In this document: one piece after another, positions 11,662 to 33,727 of the stretch
How the letters are laid out: each line of letters begins with the position of its first letter
Numbering within the stretch: the first letter of the stretch is position 1
The notes under the pieces: generated by a model
Databases searched by the model: none
Told to the model about the DNA's origin: nothing
What the model saw: the letters and a program-made list of their open reading frames with translations, nothing else
Made by a program: the position numbers and the translations under genes
Origin: Dictyostelium discoideum
Lineage: Eukaryota
Length of the DNA: 64,000 bases
Direction: 5' to 3'
NCBI GenBank assembly: GCA_000004695.1
Contig: CM000151.3
Coordinates: 8,032,001 to 8,096,000, forward strand

Positions 11662-13683
11662 ATGAAAGATATTTGGAAATCAGCAAGAAAAGGTGATTTA
11701 GCAAAGATTAAAAAGTATATACCAGGCACAAAATTTAAAGTTGATGAATTAGATAAAGAGAATAGATCAATTCTTCATCATGCGATTGATGGTGACCAAT
11801 TACAAATGGTAAATTATTTATTAGAACAAGGTGCAAATATAAATTTAAAAGATCCTAAATCTGGTGATACTGTATGTATTTAATAATTATAAATAAATAA
11901 AATATATTATTATTATTTTTTTTTTTTTCTAATAGAAAAACATATGTTAATTATTAATTATTATTTTTTATTTATAATTTAGCCAATTTTAATGTCATTA
12001 AAAAAAATTAATGCAATTGATAAACAAGAAGATATTGCAATTTTATTAGTTAATAAAGGTGCAGATTTAGATGTTGAATCAAGAGAGAGAAAGAATGTTG
12101 AAAGATATGTTGATGCATGTCCAAAACGTTTTCAAATAAAGTATAAAGATGCAATTACACAAAAGTTTAAAAATAAATATCCACCAAAGGCAATTGCACC
12201 AGCAAGTCCAGCTACTCAAGTTCTTTTAGCGCAAACTGCAGGTTTACCACCACCTTCACCAAAACCAAATCCACCACCACCACAACAGCAAGAAAACACT
12301 GCTACATCATCAATTATATCAACTGTCGAACCAAGACCATATGTAAATTCAAATGGTGAAACAGTTGTAAGATCAACTAATGAAATGGATTTAATTTTAC
12401 AAGAATCATTGTTAGGTGATGATTTTGATAAAGAACAAGATTTGAATATAATTTGGATGGAAGTTGCATTTAGAGCATCAATCGTTTCCATTAGGTCTGA
12501 GAAAGTTAGATATGACGATATCACCAAAGCCACCGATCAATGTGGTAATATTTTAATACATTTGCTATCAATCATTGGTAATTCAGAGACAACATCGTTC
12601 ATGGAGACTGTAAAGAATCAAGAAGCTGTAAACTCAATTCAAGAACGTGTTAAAAACGTTAAGGAGGGTATCAAACTCCGACTGTTCTCTAGAATTGATC
12701 ATTCTGAATTAATTAGATTAGTTGCAGCTTTAATTGGTTCATTACATTGGATTTACAATTGCTGGTCAGAGGTCCCACAAGACGATATCAATAGATCAAT
12801 TGCCGAATGTGCCTTGTCATGTCGTGTTGCAATGAATTCAGTTACAACTCATACACCATTCCAGTTGGGTGTTTTAACAAATATTGCAAAACTTTTAAAA
12901 AATATTTCAACTAAAGTTTTCATTACTCGTACTCCAGAGGATGCAAAGAAGTTATCAGATTCTTGTTTTGTTATCTCTTCAACTTTTAAATCATTAATGG
13001 TTCTATCGGTAGTGAATGATGTCAAACAAAAATCAGCTGAAAATATCATCTCATTAGGTCGTTCAATCGCCGAACAATTATCAATATTAAAATTACAATC
13101 AACTTCAATCTTACCTTCAAGAGTTGGTCAAAATTTATCATCAAAAGAAGAACGTGAGTTAAATGAATCTGCTTCAAATCAATTACGTTCATCAATTGAT
13201 TATTATATTTCAAATAATAAATCTGATACAACTACTACTACTACAACTACAACTACAACTACAAATAGTGAGAATAATAATATTACAGATTTAATTTCAT
13301 CACCAAAAAGATTACCAAAAGAAGATAAAACATTACCATTATTAGCAAATATTGAAAAATCAATTTCAATGTTAATGGGATTTACAACTGAAGATAGAAA
13401 TATTCAAATGGCAATTCCAGTTCATATGATTGCAAAGGATATTCATGAACTTAGAACTATATTATTAGAATACATTAAAGAACAATCTGATAGTTTATCT
13501 GAAGAATTTAAAGATCAAATTACAAATGCTATCAATTGTTCTGCTCATTTTTCAACTCAACAATTATTCTCTGTATCTGCTTTAATTTGTCATAATAGAA
13601 TTACTGATATCTCACAATTAGGTTATTCTTCTCGTAATATTGCTGCTTGTTGTTGTATTTTAATTGATTCATTCTGTTTTTAA
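11662..13683 (+). CDS. Ankyrin-repeat protein with Pro-rich and poly-Thr segments. Structure is join(11662..11871,11983..13683), 636 aa.
   Basis: ANK motifs: SILHHAIDGDQLQMVNYLLEQGANIN and TPILMSLKKINAIDKQEDIAILLVNKGADLD. Exon 1 ends in phase 0 before GTATGT. The 111-nt intron ends at ag (11981-82). Exon 2 is in frame with the 11992 ORF. Confidence 0.7.
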
Positions 13684-13818
13684 AAAATAAATAAATAATA
13701 AATAAATAATAAATAAATAATAAATAAATAAATAAATAAAATTTGTAAAATAAAATATTAATTTATAATAAAATAAATCAATTTATTTTTTCCCTGAAAG
13801 TAAAATAAAATTAATTAA

Positions 13819-13843
13819 TTAATCTCGAAAATGAATTTTTAAG

Positions 13844-13896
<53 letters not shown>

Positions 13897-15222
13897 GAAA
13901 TTATTAAAATTATTAATATTAAAATTATTCTTTAAATTTTTTGATAGTGATAAAAATGTTAATGAAATTGGTAATTTAATTTTTAATAAATTTTCAATTG
14001 AATAATTATTATTTAATATTAAATGAGTTAATGTTGATGGTAATATATTATCTTGATCAAATGGTTGATTAAAATTTATATTTTCTAAAAGGTTAAATAT
14101 TTTTAAACCATTTGGTAATATGTTTGTATCAATTTTTGAATTGAAATAACCAATGATTGAAAATTCAATTAAACTTGTTAAACATTGTAATAATGAACCA
14201 ATATAATAATTTAAATTTAAATTTAATCTTTTACATGTGAATTCAATCAAGTCAAATGCAATTTCAAATTTTTTAATTGAATTACTTGGTGATAGTATAG
14301 ATGGAGTTAATGGTATTTGTAAATCATAAATTTGTAAATTCTCAACTGTTGATGGTATTGAATTTGGTAGAAATTTCATATCTTTTGAATAACATTCTAA
14401 ATTTATTAATGATGGTGGTAGTGATTCATGAGTAATTTCTAATTTATTAGTATTATTATTTTCATTTTCATTTTCATTAATATAATACATCATAGTTAAT
14501 GATTTTACATTTATTGGTATAACATTTTTAACAAGTTTATTACATTTTAAAATCACTTCTAAATTAATTATTGAATTTGGTAATACTGAAATATCAAAAC
14601 CTTCTCTGTAACTATTTAATACTAAATTTTTAATACCATTTGGTATATCACCAATTTTTAAAATTGAATCACCATTATTCCACTCATTTATAAATGTTAT
14701 TGATTCTAATGTACTTGGAAATTTAATTGTATCTTTTGAAATTTTTGGACATTTTAAAAATGTTATTTCTTTAATATTATTTGGAATTAAATAATCATTA
14801 CCTTTACTATAATCAGTTTCATTAATTACAACATTTTTAACTGACTTAATTGTTGATGGTAATAGGAAAAGAGGAGTTGTGGAAACGAGTATGTTATTAT
14901 TAAATGTTAAACTAATTCCAAATTCAATTATTTCAACTCCAAATGGTATTAAACAACTTGCAATATTTGAAATTGATTGTTCTTTAAATACTATTTTATT
15001 TAATACACCATTTTTATTATTTGGTAAAAAACACTTTTCATTTATTGATTCATTACCTTTATATATTAATGTTCTAATATATTCCTTATTTTCATATTCA
15101 ATTAATGATGTTAAATTTAAAAATGTTACAATTTCATTTTTTTCATATAATAATTTAAACTCTAAAATCATTTTTAACAAATAAACATTTCTCCAAACCT
15201 TAAAAAATAATTTATCTTTCAT
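13819..15222 (-). CDS. FNIP-repeat (Dictyostelium-type LRR-like) protein with a poly-Asn tail, 467 aa
   Basis: Tandem roughly 22-aa repeats with the LP(N/P)SL..L.F...FNQP pattern, for example FNINNFNN and FNQPFDQDNILPSTLTHLILNNNYSIENL. N-terminus is MKDKLFFKVWRNVYLLKMI. Confidence 0.65.
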
Positions 15223-15663
15223 TATTTGATTTTTTTTTTTAAGAATTTCAAAAGGAAGAGTTTGAAAAATTCATTATCGATTTCACAAATAATAAAATTT
15301 CAGTCCAATTTTTACAATTAAAATTTTTTATTTATTATTTTTCAATTTTTAGATTAGAGGTAATAAAAATAAAATAAAATAAAATAAAAAAAAAATTAAA
15401 ATTAAAATTAAAAAAAAAAAACAAGATATTTTCATTGGTTAAAAAAAAAAAATATCTTTTTTATTAAAAAAAAAAAAAAAACATTCCAACTACATTCTTA
15501 AAAATAATAATTTTATTTTTTTAAATATTTCCAATTCTAAATCTATTTTATTTCTATTATTATTTTTTTTATTTTATTTTTTATAAGTATAAAATGTAAA
15601 TTTTTTTTTTTTTTTTCCAATCAATTCAACAAACTTTAAACTAATCAATACAATAAATTAAAA

Positions 15664-16590
15664 ATGCCTCTCGCTTTAACTTCAAGGTAAAAAAAAAAAA
15701 AAAAAAAAAATTATAATTCATTTAGTGGTTAATAATTTAAAATTACTAATTTAAATTAAATTTATTTAATTTATAGAAAATCATTAAAAGATAATGAAGA
15801 ATCTTTAAAAACTAATTTAGCATCAATTGAAAAATCATTGGGTGAACCATTTTCAATTGAATTTGATTTTGAAGATATTATTACTAAATGTAATGATTCA
15901 TGGGTTACTAATAGTTGTGGAAGTATCTTTTATAAAGATGTAGTTGGTAATCTTGCAAAGAATATGGTAAAAGTCGGTGCAGATTCATTAATTAAAGAAG
16001 CATTTTTAGCAGCTGTTCCAAATAAGAAATTTGTTTTTGTTTGTGCTGATGAAAAGTTGGAATCCTATTGGAAATATCAATTTGAGAATGGTGATTGTAG
16101 AATTTTATTCCGTCCAAAGATTTGTAACACTAATGATGTTAACACATTCAAATTAGAGACAATCATTCCATCTCAAGGTGTTTATACTTTAATGACTCGT
16201 TTAAATATTAAAACAAATGAACAAAAAATGAAAGATAATTTATCAGCAGTTAAAAAAGCATTAAAATCATCATCAGATTGGTCAATTGATGAATTATCAT
16301 TAGAAACTGTTTATCCAAAAGTTGCCGACGACTTAAAGAATAGCTTTGGTCATATCTTTGCTGGTATCGTCGAAAAGGTCGCTGCAAATCTCGCCAAACG
16401 TTGTGCTGATGAAATGATCTTAGAAGCAGTTCAAGAAGCAACTACAAATCATACAATCGTTATTAAACATGATGCTAACTTGAACGCTCATTGGTCATGG
16501 TCATTTGAATCTGGTAATATCGTTATCACTTTCAAATCTGTAACCAATACTAACGATGTTCAAACATTTGATTTCATTAAATTATTATAA
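15664..16590 (+). CDS. 278-aa two-domain paralog, copy 3. Structure is join(15664..15686,15777..16590).
   Basis: ATGCCTCTCGCTTTAACTTCAAG followed by gtaaaa. The intron ends ttatag at 15776. Exon 2 is in frame with track ORF 15838..16590. It has a unique DELSLETV variant. Confidence 0.8.
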
Positions 16591-17275
16591 ATAAATAAAA
16601 AAAGCTATTAATATTATTAAACACATTGTTAAGAAATAAAAAAGAAATTAAAAAGTATTAAAAGGTGATTGTTTGTTGATTTTTTATTTGTTTATTTATT
16701 GTTTATCATTTAAAAATTAATTTAGTGTTTTAAATTATCAATTTCTATTCATATCTTTTTTTTTTTTCTCATTTAACTGAATGGATGGAATTGTTATTAT
16801 TTTTCAAATTTATTTTTTAAAGTCTTTTTTTATTTTTAATAAACTTCGATATGTTAAACTATTTTTTATTTTAAACCGTTTAATACAAATAATTATAATA
16901 AATAATTGAAATATATAACAAAATAAATTAAAATTAAAGATTAAATTCTATTGTCAATTTTTTAAAAAGAGTGTATAATAATAAAAAAAATAGTATAGAT
17001 AAAATATTAAGTAGATATGTGATTATCTATTTTTTTTTTTTTTTCATTTGGAAATTTAGACAATTCAAACACTATGTTATTCATACATCAAAAATTAAGA
17101 TATTATTTTAGTTTTATTTTTTATTTTTTTTTATTTTTTATTTTTTTTAACGATACCCCTATAAAAAAAAAAAAAAAATAAAAAAAAAAAAAATAAGATA
17201 TTTTTAAAAAAAAAAAAAAAATAAAAAAAAACAAGTCCAGATATTTTTTTTTAAAAAAAAAAAAAAAAAATCATT

Positions 17276-17345
17276 CCAATTACATTCTTGAAATTAATAA
17301 TTTTATTTTTTATCTAATATTTTTAAATATTTCTGGATTTTTAAT
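17276..17345 (+). promoter_or_regulatory. Conserved upstream promoter block CATTCCAATTACATTCTT(A/G)AAATTAAT ... TAAATATTTCTGGATTTTTAATC, about 125-195 nt before the ATG. Shown here for copy 4. Equivalent blocks lie near 15484, 19006, 3361-3433 and 5240-5318.
   Basis: Non-AT-only islands are conserved in sequence and in spacing from the ATG in all five copies. The surrounding spacer is homopolymer-rich and more divergent. Confidence 0.4.
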
Positions 17346-17468
17346 CTATTTTTTTTCTATTTTTATAAGTATAAAAATGTAAATATTTTTTTTTTTATTA
17401 TTATCAAATAATTCAAAACAAAAACCTTAAACTAATAATATTTAAATATTAATAAAAAAACATTTAAA

Positions 17469-17496
17469 ATGCCTCTCGCCTTAACCTCAAGGTAAG

Positions 17497-17527
<31 letters not shown>

Positions 17528-18399
17528 GCTTCATTTAATAATTAATATAAATTTTAATTAATAATTTAATTTATTTTATTTTTAGAAAATCATTAAAAGA
17601 TAATGAAGAATCTTTAAAAACTAATTTAGCATCAATTGAAAAATCATTGGGTGAACCATTTTCAATTGAATTTGATTTTGAAGATATTATTACTAAATGT
17701 AACGATTCATGGGTTACTAATAGTTGTGGAAGTATCTTTTATAAAGATGTAGTTGGTAATCTTGCAAAGAATATGGTAAAAGTCGGTGCAGATTCATTAA
17801 TTAAAGAAGCATTTTTAGCAGCTGTTCCAAATAAGAAATTCGTTTTTGTTTGTGCTGATGAAAAGTTGGAATCCTATTGGAAATATCAATTTGAGAATGG
17901 TGATTGTAGAATTTTATTCCGTCCAAAGATTTGTAACACAAATGATGTTAACACATTCAAATTAGAAACAATCATTCCATCTCAAGGTGTTTATACTTTA
18001 ATGACTCGTTTAAATATTAAAACAAATGAACAAAAAATGAAAGATAATTTATCAGCAGTTAAAAAAGCATTAAAATCATCATCAGATTGGTCAATTGATG
18101 AATCATCATTAGAAACTGTTTATCCAAAAGTTGCTGACGACTTAAAGAATAGTTTTGGTCATATCTTTGCTGGTATCGTCGAAAAGGTCGCTGCAAATCT
18201 CGCCAAACGTTGTGCTGATGAAATGATCTTAGAAGCAGTTCAAGAAGCAACTACAAATCATACAATCGTAATTAAACATGATGCTAACTTGAATGCTCAT
18301 TGGTCATGGTCATTTGAATCTGGTAATATCGTTATCACTTTCAAATCTGTAACCAATACTAACGATGTTCAAACATTTGATTTCATTAAATTATTATAA
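17469..18399 (+). CDS. 278-aa two-domain paralog, copy 4. Structure is join(17469..17491,17586..18399).
   Basis: Same structure as the other copies. The intron runs 17492..17585 (GTAAGA...tttag). Confidence 0.8.
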
Positions 18400-19192
18400 A
18401 TAAACAAAAAAAGCTATTAATAATTAAAACACATTGTTAAAAAATAAAGAATAAATTAAGTATAAAAAGGTGATTGTTTGTTGATTTTTTTTTATTTGTT
18501 TTTTATTGTTCAAAGTCTTTTTTTTTAATAATAATCGATATGTTAAACTATTTTTTATTTTAAACTCCTTTAAATACAAATAATAAAAATAAATAATTTT
18601 ATCCAAAAAAAAAAAAGAAAAAAAAATGAATTATAATTCATTGTGTAACAAAATAAATTAAAATTAAAAATAATATCTTATTATTATATTTTAAAAAAGA
18701 GTGTATAATAGATAAAAAACTAAAAAAAGTATTGATAAAATATTAAGTAGATTATCTTTTTTTTTTTTTTTTTTTTTTTCTTTTTGAAATTAAGATAATT
18801 CAAACACTATTTATTCATTACATCAAGTATTATAAAGAATTAAAAGATATCATTATATTTTTCTTTTTTTTTTTTTTTAACGATACCCCTATCCAAAAAA
18901 AAATAAAAAATAAAAAAAAAAAAACAAAAAAAAATAAAAAATAAAAAAAAAATAATATAAAAACCAAAATCCAGATATTTTTTATAAAAAAAAATCATTC
19001 CAATTACATTCTTAAAATTAATTATTTTATTTGTTATTTAATATTTTTAAATATTTCTGGATTTTTAATCTATTTTTTTTCTATTTTTATAAGTATAAAA
19101 TGGAAATTTTTTTTTTTTTAATTATCAAATAATTCAAAACAAAACAAACTAATAAATAATATTTTAATAATAATAAAAAAAAAACTCTTAAA

Positions 19193-20121
19193 ATGCCTCT
19201 CGCCTTAACCTCAAGGTAAAAATAAATAATAAAAATAAAAATAATAATAATATTTCATATAAAAATTAATAAAAATTTATTAATAAATAAATTTATTTTA
19301 TTTTTAGAAAATCATTAAAAGATAATGAAGAATCTTTAAAAACTAATTTAGCATCAATCGAAAAATCATTGGGTGAACCATTTTCAATTGAATTTGATTT
19401 TGAAGATATTATTACTAAATGTAACGATTCATGGGTTACTAATAGTTGTGGAAGTATCTTTTACAAAGATGTAGTTGGTAATCTTGCAAAGAATATGGTA
19501 AAAGTCGGTGCAGATCCATTAATTAAAGAAGCATTTTTAGCAGCTGTTCCAAATAAGAAATTTGTTTTTGTTTGTGCTGACGAAAAGTTGGAATCCTATT
19601 GGAAATATCAATTTGAGAATGGTGATTGTAGAATTTTATTCCGTCCAAAGATTTGTAACACAAATGATGTTAACACATTCAAATTAGAAACAATCATTCC
19701 AACTCAAGGTGTTTATACTTTAATGACTCGTTTAAATATTAAAACAAACGAACAAAAAATGAAAGATAATTTATCAGCAGTTAAAAAAGCATTAAAATCA
19801 TCATCAGATTGGTCAATTGATGAATCATCATTAGAAACTGTTTATCCAAAAGTTGCAGATGATTTAAAGAATAGTTTTGGTCATATCTTTGCTGGTATCG
19901 TCGAAAAGGTAGCTGCTAATCTCGCCAAACGTTGTGCTGATGAAATGATCTTAGAAGCAGTTCAAGAAGCAACTACAAATCATACAATCGTCATTAAACA
20001 TGATGCTAACTTGAACGCTCATTGGTCATGGTCATTTGAATCTGGTAATATCGTTATCACTTTCAAATCTGTAACCAATACTAACGATGTTCAAACATTT
20101 GATTTCATTAAATTATTATAA
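19193..20121 (+). CDS. 278-aa two-domain paralog, copy 5. Structure is join(19193..19215,19308..20121).
   Basis: Same structure as the other copies. It carries the outer-copy variants ADPLIKEAF and IIPTQGVY, which it shares with copy 1. Confidence 0.8.
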
Positions 20122-20228
20122 ATAAACAAATAAACAATAAAACATTTTAAAAAACGAGTAATAATAAAATATGTTCAAATCTTTCGAAAGATTTTAATTT
20201 TTTTGACATTATTTATTTGGTTTGATTC

Positions 20229-20263
<35 letters not shown>

Positions 20264-20659
20264 TGCACTTTTATCTATAAAAATAAAATTATACATTACA
20301 TAATTTACCTTTTTCTAATCAAAATATAATTTATTTTTTAATTATTGGTCTGTGAAAATAAGCAGATTTTTTTTTTCCCAACTGTAGTGAAAATTTTCAG
20401 CAGTGCAGGGAAAAAAGGGAGTTTAATACCTGATGGCAGTAATGGGTTAATTGGCAATTGTCTATCAATTGTTTCATTTGGAAATTGCAGGACTGATAAA
20501 ATAAAAAAATAAAAATTGTATATTAACTTTAAAACGTAAAGATATTTAATATACAATATAAATATTTTAAAAAATCAATAAAATAAAAATAATTTATTTA
20601 TTTTCTTTTTCTAAATATATATATAAAAGTATTTTTAACTATTGTTATTATTATTATTA

Positions 20660-28701
<8,042 letters not shown>

Positions 28702-29385
28702 TTTTTTTTTTTTTTTTTTTTTTTTTTTATCTATCTCTTCTTTTTATTTTTTTTTTTTTTGTTTTTTATTTTTTTATTTTTTTTTTTTTTTTAATTTTGT
28801 TTTGTTTTGTTTTAATTATTTGTTATGTTGATTATTAATTTAAAAGTTGTGGAAAAAATGTAGTAAATTTAAATTTAAAATAAAAATAAAAAAAATAAAA
28901 AAATTAAAAAAATAAAAAAAATAAAAAAAATTATGTGTAATGTGTGATGTAGAAAAAAAAAAAAAAAAAAAAAAAAAAGTGTAAAAAATTATATATATAT
29001 ATTATTTATCAAATAAAATAAAAAATAAAATAAAATAAAATTAAAATTAAAATAAAAATAAAATAAAAAAAAAAAATAGAAAAAAAAAAAAAAAGTTTTT
29101 CAACAACGTCAAACACAATGAAATTATAAAGTTTTATTAATATTAAAAAAAAAATAGTTATATATGTGCGTGTATGTGTGTGTGAGTGTGAATGTATTTG
29201 TGTGAAAGACGAGAAAAGTATAAAAAAAAAATAAAAAAATAAAAAATAAAAAATAAAAAATAAAAAAAAAATAAAAAAAATATAAAAAAAAACAAAAAAA
29301 AAAAAATTTTTGTTAACTGATAATGTAATTATTTCTTTTTTTTTTTTTTTTTTTTATTATGTGAAATTCCCAGTTCAATTACTCG

Positions 29386-29422
<37 letters not shown>

Positions 29423-29827
29423 ATCCGAAGATATTTATAACATTTGTGGTTTTTCAATAAATACCCAACCAATTCATTGTTTTTTTGTGGAAAGCAAGTT
29501 TAAAAAAAAAAAAAGAATATTCTATAAAAAAAATATAAAAAGATCTTTTTATCTTTTTTTCTGATCAATAATTTTATTTTTAGAATTTAATTATTTACCA
29601 TTCATTTTTTGTGATTGGTTTTTTTTTTTTAATTTTGAAGAATGATGGGTAGTTAATAAATTTTAAATAGATTGGTTTGATCAAATTGTTGTTTATTTAT
29701 ATTCATTTTTTTTTAAAAAAAAAAGATAAATTTGTGAACAGAATAAAAAATTAAAATTAAATAGTTATTACCTTTTTTTTATTTTTATTTTTATATATTT
29801 TTTTTAATTTTTGGGTGATCTGGATTA

Positions 29828-29858
<31 letters not shown>

Positions 29859-30322
29859 GGGATTTATAAGAAAAAATAAAAAAAATATTCCAAAGCAATT
29901 TTTTTTATTTTTTTTAAGAAAACTCAAAAATACACAAAATCATATAAAATATAAAAAATATTAATGTAATTATATATAAAATATGATCTGTTTTTTTTTT
30001 TTTTTTTTTTTTTTTCTAATCAAAAATTTTATTTACATATATATTTTTTTTTATTTTAATGTTTTTATCAATAAAGTTTCAGAAAAGAAATATAACAAAT
30101 TATTTTGACCAAAAAAAAAATAAAAAAAATAAAAAAAATAAAAAATAAAAAAAAATAAAAAAAAAGAAATTCTTAGTAGTAAAAAAATTATATTCCACCA
30201 AAAATAAATTAATTCGGCCTTTAATTAAAAATTAAAAGTTAATTAAAAAAATAGAAAAAAATAATAAAAAACCTTACAAATCACAAGGTTGTGTTAAATC
30301 AAAAACTCGTTTAAAACTGTTT

Positions 30323-30359
<37 letters not shown>

Positions 30360-30562
30360 TTTTATATAAAAAAAATAAAATAAAAAAAAAAAAATTCAAT
30401 TCCTAATTTTAGTTATTTCGAAACTTTACAACTTTGAGTCTCCAAAAAATCAAACAATCATGAAAAGCTATTTATTCATATATGGTAAATTTATTAATAT
30501 GATGTTGGCGGTTATTTTTCAAAGAACATGATTTTTTTTTGTAATATATTATTTTTTTTTTA

Positions 30563-30609
<47 letters not shown>

Positions 30610-31350
30610 GGGCCCACTATTTTTTATAATAAAATTATTGAATACTATCAAAAAAAATTAAATAGATAGGTCAAAAACAAAAAAAATTAAAAAAAAAAAA
30701 ATTAAAAATAATTAAAAATAATAGTATCCAATTTTAGGATATTTTTTATAAAAAAAAGGATATTTCAAAAAAAAAAAAAAAAAAAAATCCTTCAAATTCT
30801 CCCCCATCATTATTGAGATACACGCACCTTTTAATTTTTTTTTTTTATTTTTTTTTTTTTTTTTATTTTTCAAGAATTTAGAATTGTTTTTTTTTTATTC
30901 ATTTTTTTTTATGAAAAAGGTATTCACAAAAGACAATATGAATTGGGAGCGGAGAGAATAATTGTAAGCATTGGAAATGAATCTTAACTGGATGTGAAAA
31001 AAAAAAAAATAAAAGAAAAAAAAAAAAAAATGATCACATTTGAACAAAAACAATTTTCATCATTTTCATTTTCATTTTTTTTTTTTTTTTTTTTTTAATA
31101 TTTTGTATTTCCTAAAGTGTTGTACATTTATAAATTGTTATTTTTTTTTTTATTTTTATTTTTTTTGTTGGCACGTGCGAGAAGTTTTTACCTTTTAATC
31201 TATCTCAACTTTTTTTTTTTTTTTTTTTTTCTTCAAACACTCATATACAATTAATAACCTACAAATTTTTTTTTTATATACTTTTTATAAACAATTACAA
31301 TAAAATCACCAACAGCCATTATTGCCAATTTATCACTTATTGTTTTGTTC

Positions 31351-31384
<34 letters not shown>

Positions 31385-31744
31385 AAAAAAAATAAAAAAA
31401 ATAAAAACCCTTAATCTTTTTTTTTTTTTTTTTTTTTTTTCCAATTTTTTTTTTTTTTTTTATTTTATTTAAATAAAAGAAATTCTATTACATTTACCAC
31501 CCTCATAACCACTCCCCCAACACCACCTTCAAGAAAAAAAAAAATAAAATAAAAAAAATAAATAAATAAAAAAGTGTATTAAAAATTCAAATATTTAAAA
31601 AGAAAGAAAGAAAAAAAAATAAAAAATAAAAAATAAAAAAAAATAACTGTACATTCACATATTAATATTCATTACCCGCCATTTGCTTGTGTTATTGTAA
31701 TTTATTATAAAAACACTATCAACTTAACATTGGCAGTGCCTAAT

Positions 31745-31802
<58 letters not shown>

Positions 31803-33279
31803 AATTTTTAAATATTTTATTAATTGTATGTTTCAAAAAATATTTATTGAAAAAAAAAGGAAAAAACAAATAAAAATAAAATTTAAAAAAATAAAATAAG
31901 TGGGAGAGAAAGAAAAGAGAACAAAAATAAACACCAAAAAAAAAAAAAAAAAAAAAAAAAACCTCTTTTCAATTAATTGGATTTTTATGCATTTCTACAT
32001 ATGTACCCTTTCAAAGTGTAAGTTATTTATAATAATTACCATTAAAAAAAATTTGACTGATAAAAATTAATATATATTTTTTTTTTTTTTGGTTAAATTT
32101 TAATTTTAATTTAATAAATAATAATGGAACATCGAAAATCAAAAGAGTAAATTTTTGAATTTTTGAATTATTTAATATTTATTTTTATTTTTATTTATTT
32201 TTTTTTTTCCTTTAATTTTTTTTCCTTTGTTTTTATGTATATTTACAAAAAAAAAAATATTAATAAAAAAAAAAAAGAAAAAAAAACCATTGATTAAAGA
32301 AATAGATAAATTATTATAATTATTATTTGATTGTATTGTATTATATTGATTATTGTTAAATAAGTACATACAATCACCAACATACACACAAAAAAAAAAA
32401 AAAAAAAAAAAAACCAACTCCACCACTTCAAAGGGGTACTAACCACTAAGCATACTGAGAAATAGAGAGAGAAATAGAGAGAAAAAGAGATACACACACA
32501 AACAACATAGATACTCACTCACACACACACACACGTTGACACACACTCACTCGCTCTCATATTATTTTTTCATTTAATAAAAACAGATACTCTCCCGTAC
32601 ACACGGACACACTCGCACACACACATTTTTATTTTTTAATAAAATTGAAAAAATATACATGTTCTCCTTTTCATTTCATATTTGTAAAAATTATTATTAT
32701 TATCATTATTATCATTATTATCATTATTAATTTTTATTTAAATAAATACATCCACCACCTATATAATTTATATAATTTTAGTATGAAATTATTCCAATAA
32801 TATTTTTTTTTTATTTATAGCTGATTGTAGAAGAGATGATATCAAAAATAGAAACAAACAAACAATAAAAAATAGTAATTTTTTTTTTTTTTTATTTTTG
32901 GTTTTTATTATTTTTTAATTATTATTTAAATTATTATTTTTTTTATTTATTTTTTTCTTTTTTTAATTAAAATAATTTTTTTAATTTTTTTAATCAAATA
33001 CTAATTTATCTATTATATAAACTTTTTTTTTTTTTTTTTTTATTATTTGACATTCATTTAATTTAATCCAGTTTTTTTAAAATCTTGTTATAAATTAAAC
33101 CTTTTTTTTTGAAATAAAAAAAAAATAAAAAAAAAAAAAAGTTAAAATTTGTAAGTAATAGAATTTTTTTCATTTATTTATAATTTTTTTATAATTTTTT
33201 TTTTTTTTTTATTTATTATTAAAAAATAATAAATTTCATGTTCAAAATCTATTTATGTAATTAAAATTATAATTTTCAT

Positions 33280-33316
<37 letters not shown>

Positions 33317-33687
33317 TTTGATTTGTAAGTTAAATTATTGTTGGTAACAAAAATTATATATCCTTATTTTCAAAAAAATTAAAAAAAAAAAAAAAAAAAA
33401 AATTATTATTTTTTCCAATCCCATAAAATAGTGATTTAATATAATATATGATCAATATTTTTTTTCATTATTGATAAAATCTCAAAAAAAAATTAATAAT
33501 TTGTAAAAGATTTAAAGATTAATTTGGCGATACATCAACATCATTAAAATAATAAATCAATAAAAAAAAAAATTAAAAAATCAAAAAAAAAAAAAATTAA
33601 AATAATGATAATTTGGGAACAAAAATTGACAGCCAGAGATCATTTCAAGTGTTGGTTTTTTTTTTATTTTTATTTTTTTGGGTTTAT

Positions 33688-33727
<40 letters not shown>

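Larger units (their letters stand above)
15600..20130. repeat. Right arm of the inverted segmental duplication. Three tandem units of about 1.75 kb in the opposite orientation.
   Basis: Copies 3-5 are on the plus strand and copies 1-2 on the minus strand. The outermost copies (1 and 5) share diagnostic substitutions, as do the inner copies (2, 3 and 4). Confidence 0.8.
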
